A DNA stretch of 60,220 nucleotides, the filler included, from Hausera hauseri (Eukaryota), in NCBI GenBank assembly GCA_046269625.1. It is 10 parts of 10 records of this genome, joined end to end, with 100 filler letters (N's around TTAATTAATTAA, not from the genome) between each part and the next. Parts side by side here need not be neighbours in the genome. Positions count along the whole stretch, not along the records: positions 8,451 to 13,732 come from JBJURY010291392.1; positions 13,833 to 20,651 come from JBJURY010062551.1; positions 20,752 to 32,351 come from JBJURY010085546.1; 7 more parts are not named here. The stretch is one strand, 5' to 3'. The position numbers and the translations under genes were made by a program. The notes under the pieces are model-generated. The model saw nothing but the letters and a program-made list of their open reading frames with translations, did no database searches and was not told the origin of the DNA. Positions within the stretch are counted from its first letter, which is position 1, and every line of letters begins with the position of its first letter. Below are positions 11,280 to 22,301 of this stretch, piece by piece.

Positions 11280-12650
11280 ATCGGCGTCTTCTGATACACA
11301 GGACCAGTACTGGTATTAAGATAATTGTGATAACAAAAGGGGGTATAATAGTTACTAGTAATAACAATCCAAAATCTTAATTTTTTGTTATATTTGTCAA
11401 CTTATTTTTTGCTAATACCTTGCTTTTGCGGGTTGTTGTCTGTGGTTTCCTAAGGAAGTTGGGTTGCTTTTCGGTTGTAGTTATGTGACATAATGCTATT
11501 GTTCTTAGTTTGAGAGACGGTTCATAAGGTTGGAGTATTAACTGCACCCAATAGAGGTATTGGAGTCTAAGATTATCGCATTTGATGGATGTATTTGTGA
11601 GCAGAAAACAATTGGTGATTGCATCGTCGAATGAAACCATATAAATTTGATTAGAAAACTTAAATATGACATAGTTGTCATTCACATGGAATGAAATGTG
11701 TAATGGATTGAAATGAATTGTTTTAATATACTCAGGGAGTTGTATTCCGTCGTAAGATGCGCGTAGTGGTGTATTGAGAGTATCAAATTAGGTATTGCTT
11801 ATCCAAAATATATTGGATGGTAGTTTCAGAGTCATTTGTATTTGTCGATCGTTACCCGGTACACAGATCCTTGACGGTTCTAGACTGGAATATTCTACAT
11901 TATAATCCTCTTCCTTCGTTAGTTTATCTGTGCAGGTTATAATATATGACTAATTTTTAATCGAGGTACGATTCCTATGAGCCCGATGGAATTTTCTACA
12001 TCTGCGCTTATTGACTGTTCATATTCAGGTATTGGGCGGCATGTAATATCGATTGATTTAATATTGCTTTCCTTCGTTATATTTTCCACTTTAGATTTTG
12101 TTTTTATTGGCATAATTGTTGTTATTTCCGCGGGTATCGTGACGAGGATAGTTCGTCGCATGGTAATGTTGTAACTTAAGCCACCTATGAGTTCCGATAC
12201 TTGAAATATTAAGGAATACGTGCCCTTGGGAAACGCGACAACATTTGTTTTCCTTTAATTCAGAATGTGCAACACAAATGGTTCTATATGATTCAAACAA
12301 CGTTGCTGCATCCTTTTCTTGTCCTATCGTTTTGTTTGTATATGCTATGTTTTAAGTATTTCTTCTCAGGGCTGTATTTGATGGAGAAAATCTTGAAGGT
12401 GAATCGTTGATTATCCTTTAATTCGAATCTTGTACTTTCTGGTAGTTTCAAATAATCTCGAAATATGGTGCGTGATATTTGTTCGCTAGAGAAGGCTGAA
12501 ACTAGGTTTAACTTTAATTGAGGTGTTGGGGTTATTTGCGCTAATAAGCCTGGTATATACATCGGTAATATACATCGGAATTTATTCCTACATGAGGTTG
12601 TGCCTATTATAATTGTGAAAATATTGATCGTTATTAGTAGAGCTTTCTCA
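11280..12650 (-). pseudogene. type I membrane protein with FN3-like ectodomain, fragmented
   Basis: Signal-like 'KALLITINIFTIIIGTTSC', 'NKCCRVSQG', 'IKCDNLRLQYLYWVQLILQ', and TM 'LFVITIILIPVLVLCIRRRR'. Confidence 0.5.
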
Positions 12651-13832
12651 TGGTTCCTAGGAATATATTTATTAGTTCTTATTGATAAGGCATTTCTTTA
12701 CCACATCGGATCCATTTGACTCTGTGGGTAAATTTATTAAGGAGGTGGCTCTTTTATATAATCGATTGCTGATGCTCTCACAGTTTCTGAGAATATTGCT
12801 GTTGATTGTGTCAATACGTTCGTAATACATAGTGCTAAGATACATGAAAATTATACCATTTGGCTGAGTTTTGGCTTTATAACTTGATGGTTTATTTAAA
12901 CATTTGCGGTTGATTATCCCATTCGGCAGAGTTTTCATTTGTAGTGGGTTCTTCTTTTGGTGTGGGATTTGAATTATCTGGTTCAGGAGAGTTTTCATTT
13001 GTAACTGACTCTCCTTTTGATGTGGAATTTGAAATCAGTTGACTTAGTTTACTAATATTGTTATCTACTTCTGCGCAAGATTTCTTGTCTCTGACGGGAC
13101 ATATAAATTTATACCTCTTCTCATTTAAGTGTCGGCTTATATCGGTGATCTGTTTATGTATTTTTGTGAGGTATTGCAATCAAGGCATTGTAGCCACTGG
13201 AATTTCCTCCGCTGATAAGTCTATTAAATAATCTGTTAAATAACATCCTTCCTTCTGTAAGAAATTGACGTGGGTCAATCCTAAATAAGCAGTGATTCTA
13301 CTGGTCCATCTGGCGTAAATTACTCCATTACGGTGTGCTCCATATTTTTGAGCAAGTGTATCCAATCTTGCGTCATGTAATTGTACTGATCGGTAATAGA
13401 TTTCGATGGTGTTTAGTTGTATTATTCTAATTATTTCTTTGTCAGTTACTTTTATTCCTTTAGGTTAGTCTCGTTTTCTGTTAAAACTATGAAGGAGAAC
13501 TTGGATCATATATTGTATGATTTCTTCCGCATTGAAGTCGGGTGCTAGAACAAATTTATTAATATGTAAGTGATCTACCATTTGTTGTAGTAGTTTCTGT
13601 TGTTCATATTCGTTAAGGCAATAAAAGTGATCCAAGTATTGACTCTTGATCCAATTAATCGTCCTTCCTGGTATATTATTATGGTTCAATCCTAGTTCTC
13701 ATACGACTTGTTATATCCATTTGTCAATTTCTNNNNNNNNNNNNNNNNNNNNNNNNNNNNNNNNNNNNNNNNNNNNTTAATTAATTAANNNNNNNNNNNN
13801 NNNNNNNNNNNNNNNNNNNNNNNNNNNNNNNN

Positions 13833-14393
13833 GAAGAAAAGTGTTGACAGAGATGTGCTACAGATTCGCAATAGACATTGTCTCCAATCGATACGTATGA
13901 CGTTGACACTCTTTCTGTTTTATAGGTAAATTTCTGGTAATATATGGGATTTAATCTTGGATTAACTACATATTCACTTTTAATATGTTGAAATTTGTAC
14001 TCTATATTTTTTAATCCAAATTTCTGCGTCATCTCAGAAGACTCAAAGATAACAGTAAATTCAAAATCTGCCATAAAATGTAAGTTTTGATCTAAAATTA
14101 AAACACCAATTTTGCCGTGTGAACCGTAACTTGCTTCGGTCGTGCAAATGACCGATTCACCAACTGTTATTTTATTGTTAATAAGTGTCAGATTAACAGT
14201 CTTGTTGTACGTTATTTTCATACTACATTTGAAGTTCATCGGTGCGTAGGGAAAGTTCAATTCCGTCAGTGCAACCTCACATTTTCCAGATAAATCCAAA
14301 TGATTGTTCCAATCTACAACTTATTCACTGGCGGAATTGTTCCAAGGAATCATTGGACAACCTTTGCTCGACAACACCACGTAAATCCTCATG
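13833..14393 (-). pseudogene. Polinton minor capsid protein (second copy, cut by contig end)
   Basis: 'LDLSGKCEVALTELNFPYAP...YVSIGDNVYCESVAHLCQHFS' is closely similar to 217-810. Confidence 0.85.
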
Positions 14394-14431
14394 ATCTCGA
14401 TGATGATGATGATGATGAAGCCGTTTGTTTA

Positions 14432-15502
14432 TTATAGACGACGTCGAAAATGTAACGTCAAATGTGTCGTTGACTCACATAGACATTTAATGGTTTCCCA
14501 AAATTCATCAAGCATATACACGGAAATACTGTGCACAATATTGTGAGACAATAATAAGTACATGAGGCTGAGCATATAAACGCGAACAGTTTCACCCGAC
14601 GATGTTTTGTACGTATCAGAATCCAGTTCGATAGAAGCCAGTAGTTGTTTGTGTTCTCCACCAACGAGTACGAATTCGGTTAAGTCCGTTAAAATGTTGA
14701 TTCTACGAAATGCTTCAGAGAGTTGTGGTTTGTATTTGGCAACAATAGATCGTCCAACAATGTTTTGATAGAATTCGCGTTTTGAAAAACCAGATTCCGA
14801 GCTAATAATTCATCAACGGCAAAATATGTAATATTGTCATGGAGTGTAATCGAAATATGACCATCTGCGTTTATTTCACATGTCGTTATGGCTAATGTAG
14901 CCATTTTATTCACGTACTCACACAATTCCAGTTCCGTTTCCATTAGTAAATCATGTGGTATAATATATGAGCGGAAGACTGATTCTTACTTACTCCACTT
15001 TACCATAATATTGCATTCTGCATTGGATGAAAGGTCCAATTTTTCACCAATTATAACATGTCCACCTAGCCTTAGACGTTTTGAGTGTACATTGGCTGAT
15101 TGAAAACCCTATGCCTGAGCATCAGCTATATATTTAAACTGCATTCCAATGGGATTTCGACGCATTAGGTTCATACGGTAGTTTGAAAATTAAGCATAAA
15201 CCGAGAAATTTTGTCGCGAATAATTGCGAAGAGTATATCGGTTATTGTATCGGATTGTCCGCAAACGACTTGAAATAGGGTACGCTGCTCGTCGAGTAAA
15301 GTAAATATAACTGTTCTGACGTACTGTCATTGGTGAAAATGTAAATGTGCATTCGGTAAAGGCCCCTTCCCAGGCTCCCTAGCGTAAATAGATCGGTTGG
15401 TCCAAGTGCATAGTAAACTGTTTAGCGGTATTGTCATTGTCGTCGTGTTGTGATAATTATCTGTGACTATCAAGTACGAAGTAAATGATACTGCTGCTCA
15501 TT
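14432..15502 (-). pseudogene. Polinton minor capsid-like protein (first copy)
   Basis: Start 'IIYFVLDS..NTAKQFTMHLDQPIYL..AWEGAFTE'; end 'MYLLLSHNIVHSISVYMLDEF..THLTLHFRR'. Confidence 0.7.
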
Positions 15503-16530
15503 GAATCTGTGATGCACAAATCCAAATCGGTACAGTGTATCCGTGCCACTTGACGAGATATTGTTTATCCGAACCTTTGCCACGTGAACGTAGAATTTAC
15601 TGAATACAATGTACATAGGATTTTTCGGGCAGTACCTTCAGTTCCGGTTCGTAGAATTTACCGCGTATCTCCTCACCGTTTCCATCCTCTAAAACGTACA
15701 TGACAGGTGTTTGTTTTGTGTTGATTGCCGAAATGCTGAAAACCTCATCGCTCTAGTTCTGATTAAAATTCTTAATAAATGGCGTCGTACTTATTTTTTG
15801 TAATACGTACGTAAGCACCGATTTTATATTTTGGGCGTTTAATTGTCTGTCGATGTGTTCGGTTTTGATAAAGCCACATATCCAAATCATCGATTCCGTC
15901 AATCAGGCGCTTTCCGTTGATTCCACGGCGTGCAGGTTGATTGTATGCATGAATAATATCCGGCAGTACATCTACCCAGCATTTGTAGCCTTGATTCGTA
16001 AAGAATTTGTTTAGGCGACCGTATAATGTTAGATTAAATCGTTCAATAAGTATATCTTTGTATTGGAAAAACACCGAGTAGTGGTTTAAGCCGAACCGTT
16101 TAAAGACCGCTGCAATGTAGGCATTGTAGAAATCCTTACCCAAATCCGCTTGTAAATGCTTCGGCCGTTGTTGTTGTTGTATTAATGTCTGAACAGCCTC
16201 GGCAATCCCTTTACCAAATTTAGATTTTACGGTAATTGCACGTGCAAAAGGATTAAACACACCAATACATGTCAGCACCCTACTGATACCCATCGTTGAT
16301 GCTGACGTACGGAATCATTTCTATCATATCCATTTGCCATACATTATTTACACCGGCAGCACGGTATGCACAAGTTGGAAACCGCCTTCTTATCGGTTTG
16401 TTTAGGCTGTATGCTAACTGTTTCCCGAGCCAACGTTGGGTCTGCTACCGAGTCTGTTGACAGTCTTTGCCATTTTGTCGACACCAGTATGGCCGACGGG
16501 ATGACGCGGGTAGAAACACACATTGCCCAT
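15500..16530 (-). pseudogene. Polinton retroviral-like (rve) integrase
   Basis: 'YSLNKPIRRRFP', 'WQMDM', 'HLQADLGKDFYN', 'IERFNLTL', 'IRGKFYEPEL'. Frameshifted. Confidence 0.92.
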
Positions 16531-16674
16531 CGTTGCCGTTGATGATGTCGGTTTTGCTTGTATTACAACAATAAGAACGAAACGTAAATGAAAGATTCGG
16601 TAAAGTGGGACAGAAAGATGAAAACCATGCACCCATATCGCCGAATCATCATACATTTACCTTCATTGTTTATA

Positions 16675-16932
16675 CTATGCTGCTGAAGAACCAGTGAGTC
16701 CGCCCAGTAATGACGTGACAATCGGTAGAATTGCACCAAGAAATCCTCCGTCTTGCTGGTACACGACCTCTCGTTTCAGTCGTTTACTACGGGTGTTGGC
16801 AAGGCCAATGATTCGTTTCCGATACTTTAATAAATTCCGCTTTCCACTACCAATGTCAACGTGACCCACGACGATACTGTATAAAATTTCCATCAAATCG
16901 TCTACTGCAAACTGTGGAAATGATCGCAGCAT
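16675..16932 (-). CDS. Polinton small virion protein with C-terminal QxGGFL amphipathic peptide
   Basis: 'QQDGGFLGAILPIVTSLLGGL'. Lies between ATPase and integrase. Confidence 0.7.
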   Translation of the reverse strand: MLRSFPQFAVDDLMEILYSIVVGHVDIGSGKRNLLKYRKRIIGLANTRSKRLKREVVYQQDGGFLGAILPIVTSLLGGLTGSSAA

Positions 16933-17229
16933 GTTTCGCTTATGTCTAGTAGTGCCTTGAGCACTGTAATAAAATACGGCTGACTACGTTTGAATCTCAT
17001 GCTTTTTGGACGTATTGATGTCGATGAGACGTAGTTGTTTATAACCGTTGCCACTGTGACGGTAATTTGCGTCTAGTTGCTGCTGTTGTTTTTCGACGAA
17101 ACACAGAATTGATTAATCGCTTGACTGTAGCAGTGGTTTTTTTATACACGTTTATTGCCACCGGACACCCGCTAAGTAGTTTACGTTTAACAATTGTTTT
17201 TCGGAAATTTTTCATTTTTTATCATAATT

Positions 17230-17887
17230 ATGTCGTCGATTTTCGAATTTGTTTATAGACACATACACCATCTTTCTGATTGAAAATGTCTGTTCGTACA
17301 CGCATGTCATCGGAACACTGTTGTGTAAAGTCCATGAACAAGTATACGTGTGGTTCGGTCGTAGCATCATGATATGCATCTATCAAGTAGGCTCGATTGT
17401 AAGAAAATGCTTGTCATGCAACATAAACAATGATAGTCTGATCACGGGGATTTTTGAACAACACCAAATAGTGTACGTTTAGATTTCTTGTTCGATGTTG
17501 TCTGCCCTGATGGAACATGTTTTGCGTAATGAAAATAACCGTCACACCGCGGTGGCGTGCAGCCTTTGTGAATACGTTGTTGAAGTCCGATTGTTTCATT
17601 GCCTCTTAAAATAAATCGTCAATGACAATAACGTCACCGTTGCGTAATTTCTCTGACCAGTTCTCATCAAACCTATCAATTACCGTTATCGATTTCAGTT
17701 TACAAAATTCCCGTTGTGTCAAACCGGACTCACCATCATCACCAACACCCTGATGCCAGTTTATATGATTATACCGCGGTGAATGGAACATGCCACGGTA
17801 ATTCTGCAATAGTTTACACACAAAATGTAGTTTGCCATTTCCACTGGGGCTTACAATCTGGAAAATGGCATCATTCTGCAGCTTCAT
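17230..17887 (-). pseudogene. A32/FtsK-like DNA packaging ATPase
   Basis: Degenerate Walker A 'SPSGNGK', Walker B 'VIVIDDL', 'IFITQNMF', 'NVHYLVLFKNPRD'. Confidence 0.92.
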
Positions 17888-17982
17888 CTAATAATAGTAA
17901 TACAACCTTTCCTCGCAATATGATTTGTTTATAATCGTGTTGCACGCATATAAATAGCTATAGTATAAACACTGGTTCCATA

Positions 17983-18480
17983 ATGTTAGCTAATATTAAA
18001 ACTATCGCGGACATGGTACCGAGTGTGACATTAATATACTACCTTTTAAACAATGGAAGTCGAGACAATATGTACTCAAGTATCCACCTGATTTTGCATG
18101 CATCATATTTCAATAGGGAAAGTGTCATATTATGGGTTGTCGCAAACCAGTCACAGCTGACAACAGTAACAGTAAACTACTACCATTCGGAACTGTCATT
18201 GACAAAATCCAATCAATAACGGTAACGATTTAGGTAGACTACCACCAAACAATCAATCTGTACAAATTAGCAATGTCCACTGCTGAATGTACATATTAAC
18301 CCGAACTTTTTCCTGCATTGATACTGACCTCGTTTCGCCCACTCTGTGTCAATGTGTTCAGCAGTGGAAAAATTGTTGTACTCGGTATTCGGACAGTGGA
18401 CTATGAACAGATTATTAATCAAACTAAAAACCACATAAATATTTTACTGAATCAAAATAATATACATTGCACAGCAACAA
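17983..18480 (+). pseudogene. TATA-binding protein (TBP)-like
   Basis: Two repeats by hand translation: 'IIFQ*GKCHIMGCRK' and 'Y*PELFPALIL..VNVFSSGKIVVLG', compared with TBP 'YEPELFPGLI..IFVSGKVVLTG'. Confidence 0.75.
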
Positions 18481-18524
18481 CAAACTATAAATACCATTCC
18501 CATGCACATTCAGAAATTACTACC

Positions 18525-18890
18525 ATGGAAGACGACGACAACGACCAAAAAATTCTACTCAATGATGCCAATGATGAAAGTTCAGATTGGTCGTGGTTGT
18601 TTGGCTACAAAAAGGATAATTCTACTGTCAAAATGCTGGAACCACCTGTCCGACAATTAGGAAAACCGGGTGATTGTCTGCAGGTCAATTGTCTGGAAAT
18701 GAAACAGGAACTTGCTCAGAAAGCAGCAGCAGCAGCAAAACCGACGTTAAAAAGGGAAAATGCAATGATTGAAATACGTAAACGAAAATCAAAACCGTCG
18801 GCATGCCAAACAGATATTTTTACCGAAACGAATTTTTCGCAAGTACGAAATGCATTTTCTGCAAACACACGTACTGATTTCATTGAATGA
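18525..18890 (+). CDS. Polinton hypothetical protein
   Basis: Acidic N-terminus and a basic NLS-like 'RKRKSK'. No family recognised. Confidence 0.4.
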   Translation: MEDDDNDQKILLNDANDESSDWSWLFGYKKDNSTVKMLEPPVRQLGKPGDCLQVNCLEMKQELAQKAAAAAKPTLKRENAMIEIRKRKSKPSACQTDIFTETNFSQVRNAFSANTRTDFIE

Positions 18891-19290
18891 TCCCCTGTCT
18901 CTATGTGCACTCAAGTACAGCTATCGTGTAAAATGGCTTTCGGGTTAAAATTGCTTTCCATCAATTAAACGTAGATTTAAAGTTAAACAAAACGACCGTG
19001 CAAAAGCAATCTGTCGATTTACCAGCTCTGAAAACGAAACTGTTTGATTTTATTGGTCGCGGAATGTTTCATGTACCCGATGGCGATGATGGTTTAAAGT
19101 GTCCACTGAATACTGAATTGCAAGGATACAAGTAAAAAGCCGGTATCGAAAGCCCGATCTGGTGTGTAGTTGAATTACATTTTAATTATCAATAAATTTT
19201 GTTGTTTTACCGTTCTTCTTCTTCTTCTTTCATTAACCCAATTAACTAGTATAAATATACGTGTAATTTTAAAAAATATGCATAAGAATA

Positions 19291-19760
19291 ATGATAATGA
19301 ATGACATAAAGATTATCTTAACAGACGAAAACGCCTTTGTACCAAGACATGTTACATCAAACAGTGCAGGCTACAATGTGTTTTCCAATGTCAATACGAC
19401 AAATCCAGACAGCACAATCAAATGCATAACGACTGAGATTCGATTGGCGATTTCACCCGGTTACTACGGCCAACTTTTATCAAAAAGCGGATTGGCAAAG
19501 CTCGGACTGACAGTTGTGGGCGGCGGCGTCACTGATTCAGACTTTGGAGTTGAAATTAAGGTGTTGCTGGAAAACCAATCCGGGGAACCGTATGCTTTTT
19601 AGAAAGGCAGTGCAATCGCACAAATCGTTTTTCATCGCTGTGAAAAGGCGGAATTCAGTGTAATGTCACCGGAACAATGGGGACTGTTTTGTGTCAATGA
19701 ATCAACACGAAATGAACGCAAAGAATTCGGCTTTGGTGATATGGACAAAACCACCTGTTT
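19291..19760 (+). pseudogene. dut: trimeric dUTPase (premature stop at 19600-19602)
   Basis: Motifs 'SAGYNV', 'LSKSGLA', 'GVTDSDFG', then 'IAQIV' and 'R..EFGFG' in frame after the stop. Confidence 0.9.
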
Positions 19761-19839
19761 AATGATTGTGATGATAATAATAATAGTTAGTTGTTTTGTT
19801 TGTGTTACAAACAAAAAATGATTTTGTACATGATAAGTA

Positions 19840-20335
19840 ATGGCGACAGGATTTATAGATATTGAAGCTTTCCAATATGATAATGCCCGGCGCATAATAA
19901 AAGAATTATGCATTATGGACGTCGGTAACATTTTCAAACCGCTTGTGTACATATTCAAGCCCGGTGTTGTGTAGAAATGCATGACGGAAAAGACGAAATT
20001 TACAAACGGATTTCTCTTTCGACATCGTCATAAACTTCATTGGTACGAAGACGATTCAATTTTCTGTGTGCCGTGTGTTATGGGAGAGATTTGGGATCGT
20101 TTTGACACTGAATATACAATATTTTAAATTAAAGATCAAATTGACGGATAAAAGTTTACACATCTCCATTCACAGTTTCCCGAATTGCGAAGAATGACGT
20201 ATTCAACAATATCGAACAGCTCGCTGGCGATGGTATCTGACAATATGAGATGTCCGTATCGTGATCATGGACCTCAATTTGCTTACAAAAAATGTCTACG
20301 GCTTTGTATTGACTATATTCCATGCAAATAAGTAA
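19840..20335 (+). pseudogene. DEDD-family 3'-5' exonuclease-like Polinton accessory gene
   Basis: Hand translation 'MATGFIDIEAFQY..IIKELCI..YIFKP..N.FL..HRHKLHWY', with in-frame stops. Confidence 0.7.
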
Positions 20336-20864
20336 ATGTATTTCTATGTTATTTCTCTGTTCAAAACTTAAATTCAGATAGGTTATAATAAAAATAATCA
20401 TGGGCTATAATGGAAATTGTACACGTTTATTACAAATGACTTCAGTAACATGGCAGTAATTTGTACATTGCAATATGATAATACTCACGAAGTAAATGTC
20501 TATTGTTTACAATGAAAACAAACCAGTATGAACAAAATTTATATAAATATTGATGCAAATTTATTTCACATTTTTCTTCTTTAAACAATGTCTTTGGAAA
20601 ACAATTCAGGAGGTGACAGTTCCGTGAGACTCACAAAAGAATCAAAGTACANNNNNNNNNNNNNNNNNNNNNNNNNNNNNNNNNNNNNNNNNNNNTTAAT
20701 TAATTAANNNNNNNNNNNNNNNNNNNNNNNNNNNNNNNNNNNNNNNNNNNNACGCAATGGTGTTATTTCAGATCGGCATAAAGTCCGAGAATCATATAAA
20801 TGGTATGATGTCCAAAGTTTATTAACAACTCGACGGGGGTTCCGAGAAATTTGTCCCAAATTGA

Positions 20865-22301
20865 TCACTGGTCCAACATGATAGGCATGTGGACATATTT
20901 GCCTGTGGATTTGGATTTGTACCGTATGGCATCTGGCTCGTATATCTCGTCATCCAATACCAGGGTTTCATCCACCTGGATTTTACGTTTACTTCCACTT
21001 TGTGTTATCGTGGGTGTTTTTCGCACCGTATCGGAGGCCGTTCTTTGTATAATATATTCATCAGACCATTTTAATTGTTTGTATATTGATTGATAGCACT
21101 GCGCTAAGGCAGTGCTTCGGAGAGAGAAACCCTTTGTGTCGTAAAACTTCCGGGCAAGTTCTTTGAAGGTACTAGAGGACAATTGGTACCGGCGGATAAC
21201 TTCTTCGTGATATAAGATATCACGAACTCCAGCTATCCGTCGGATGGGACATTTGAGATGGTTAACAACCATCTCTACTACGTCGGCTCCGATGATCACT
21301 TTGTCCGTTAGTATTTCCGTTACCCTTCGATAAAAATCCATGGGATCGAGCTGGTTATTGATACTGGATTCGGTAAGGCCTGTTATGTGTGTATCAAAAT
21401 TATTGATACGCTGTCTTGGTGTAATGATGCCATAGAATAAGGTATCTCCGTTTAACGTTAGAATCGAGGCTTCGATAGGTTGAAGCTGATTCCACTGGTC
21501 ATAGGCCAGATTCACGGCTGCTATGACCAGATCTTTATCTGTTACTTTTTCCAGTCTTCTATAAGGAATGTTCTTATATTTTACATAGTCGGGTTCTGGA
21601 AGATGAAAACACTTTCCTTCAGGTAGGCTGGGGTACAATTTTTCTCGTTTAATAACTTCCATAGCTAATATTACTCGATTTGTACACGAGCGGATTTTGA
21701 ATATATTGTTTTGGAGGAAGGTATAATCGAACGCCAATGCATGTTCGTGCTCCATATTAATTAAATCGCCTCTAATGGATGTTTTCCTGTCTGTGGTCTT
21801 TATCTGAATCTGACCTACCACGCTGTATAGGTTCATTGAATGAAACCGTTCTGGTAGAATAATGATATCTTCCAAGAGAAACGATGTAGGCTTTGTGAGT
21901 TGTATTATAGCGAAAGACCGATTAGCCATACTGTATCCTTTTATATTGTTAGGAATTTGTGGCGTCTGGGGATAATTTAAACTCGTCATGTTATCGTTAT
22001 GCGATATGAAATATTGATTGGAAGGATTAGCATTGATCATATGATTTTTGACGTTGCTGAACCAGTGTTTGGAGCGGTTGATTGTCTGTATCTGGTGGAA
22101 CGTCGTAACTGATACTGTAAAAATAAGAGTCAAGACATAATTTATCACAATACTTAAATACAATACAACGGTTATCACATAAGCCAGGGGGGTAATCGTT
22201 GTAGTTTCATTATTATTATTTCTATCGCATAAGATAACTTTATGTCTTTTAGTTATCTTTTTATTTGGGGTTGCGTCTATTGCAATCCCTAAGAATAATT
22301 G
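20865..22301 (-). CDS. in-frame readthrough extension: hydrophobic segment plus ISG20/REX4-like exonuclease fold
   Basis: 41 stop-free codons link the TGA at 22302-22304 to ORF 20865-22178. Exonuclease-like core 'EASILTLNGDTLFYGIITPRQRINNFDTHITGL..VTEILTDKVIIGAD..RDI..FKELARKF'. Confidence 0.75.
   Translation of the reverse strand, partial: QLFLGIAIDATPNKKITKRHKVILCDRNNNNETTTITPLAYVITVVLYLSIVINYVLTLIFTVSVTTFHQIQTINRSKHWFSNVKNHMINANPSNQYFISHNDNMTSLNYPQTPQIPNNIKGYSMANRSFAIIQLTKPTSFLLEDIIILPERFHSMNLYSVVGQIQIKTTDRKTSIRGDLINMEHEHALAFDYTFLQNNIFKIRSCTNRVILAMEVIKREKLYPSLPEGKCFHLPEPDYVKYKNIPYRRLEKVTDKDLVIAAVNLAYDQWNQLQPIEASILTLNGDTLFYGIITPRQRINNFDTHITGLTESSINNQLDPMDFYRRVTEILTDKVIIGADVVEMVVNHLKCPIRRIAGVRDILYHEEVIRRYQLSSSTFKELARKFYDTKGFSLRSTALAQCYQSIYKQLKWSDEYIIQRTASDTVRKTPTITQSGSKRKIQVDETLVLDDEIYEPDAIRYKSKSTGKYVHMPIMLDQ

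Larger units (their letters stand above)
8451..13732 (-). mobile_element. decayed 3' accessory region, probably of a related large Gypsy element
   Basis: Continuous fragmented minus-strand ORFs with the same strand bias as the Gypsy contigs. Includes a signal peptide/Cys-containing ectodomain/TM unit resembling the post-integrase extension of the 3247-aa ORF. No pol in this contig. Confidence 0.55.
13833..20651. mobile_element. decayed Polinton/Maverick central region
   Basis: Minus strand: ATPase, QxGGFL protein, integrase and two minor capsids. Plus strand: TBP-like, dUTPase and DEDD-like genes. Confidence 0.92.
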
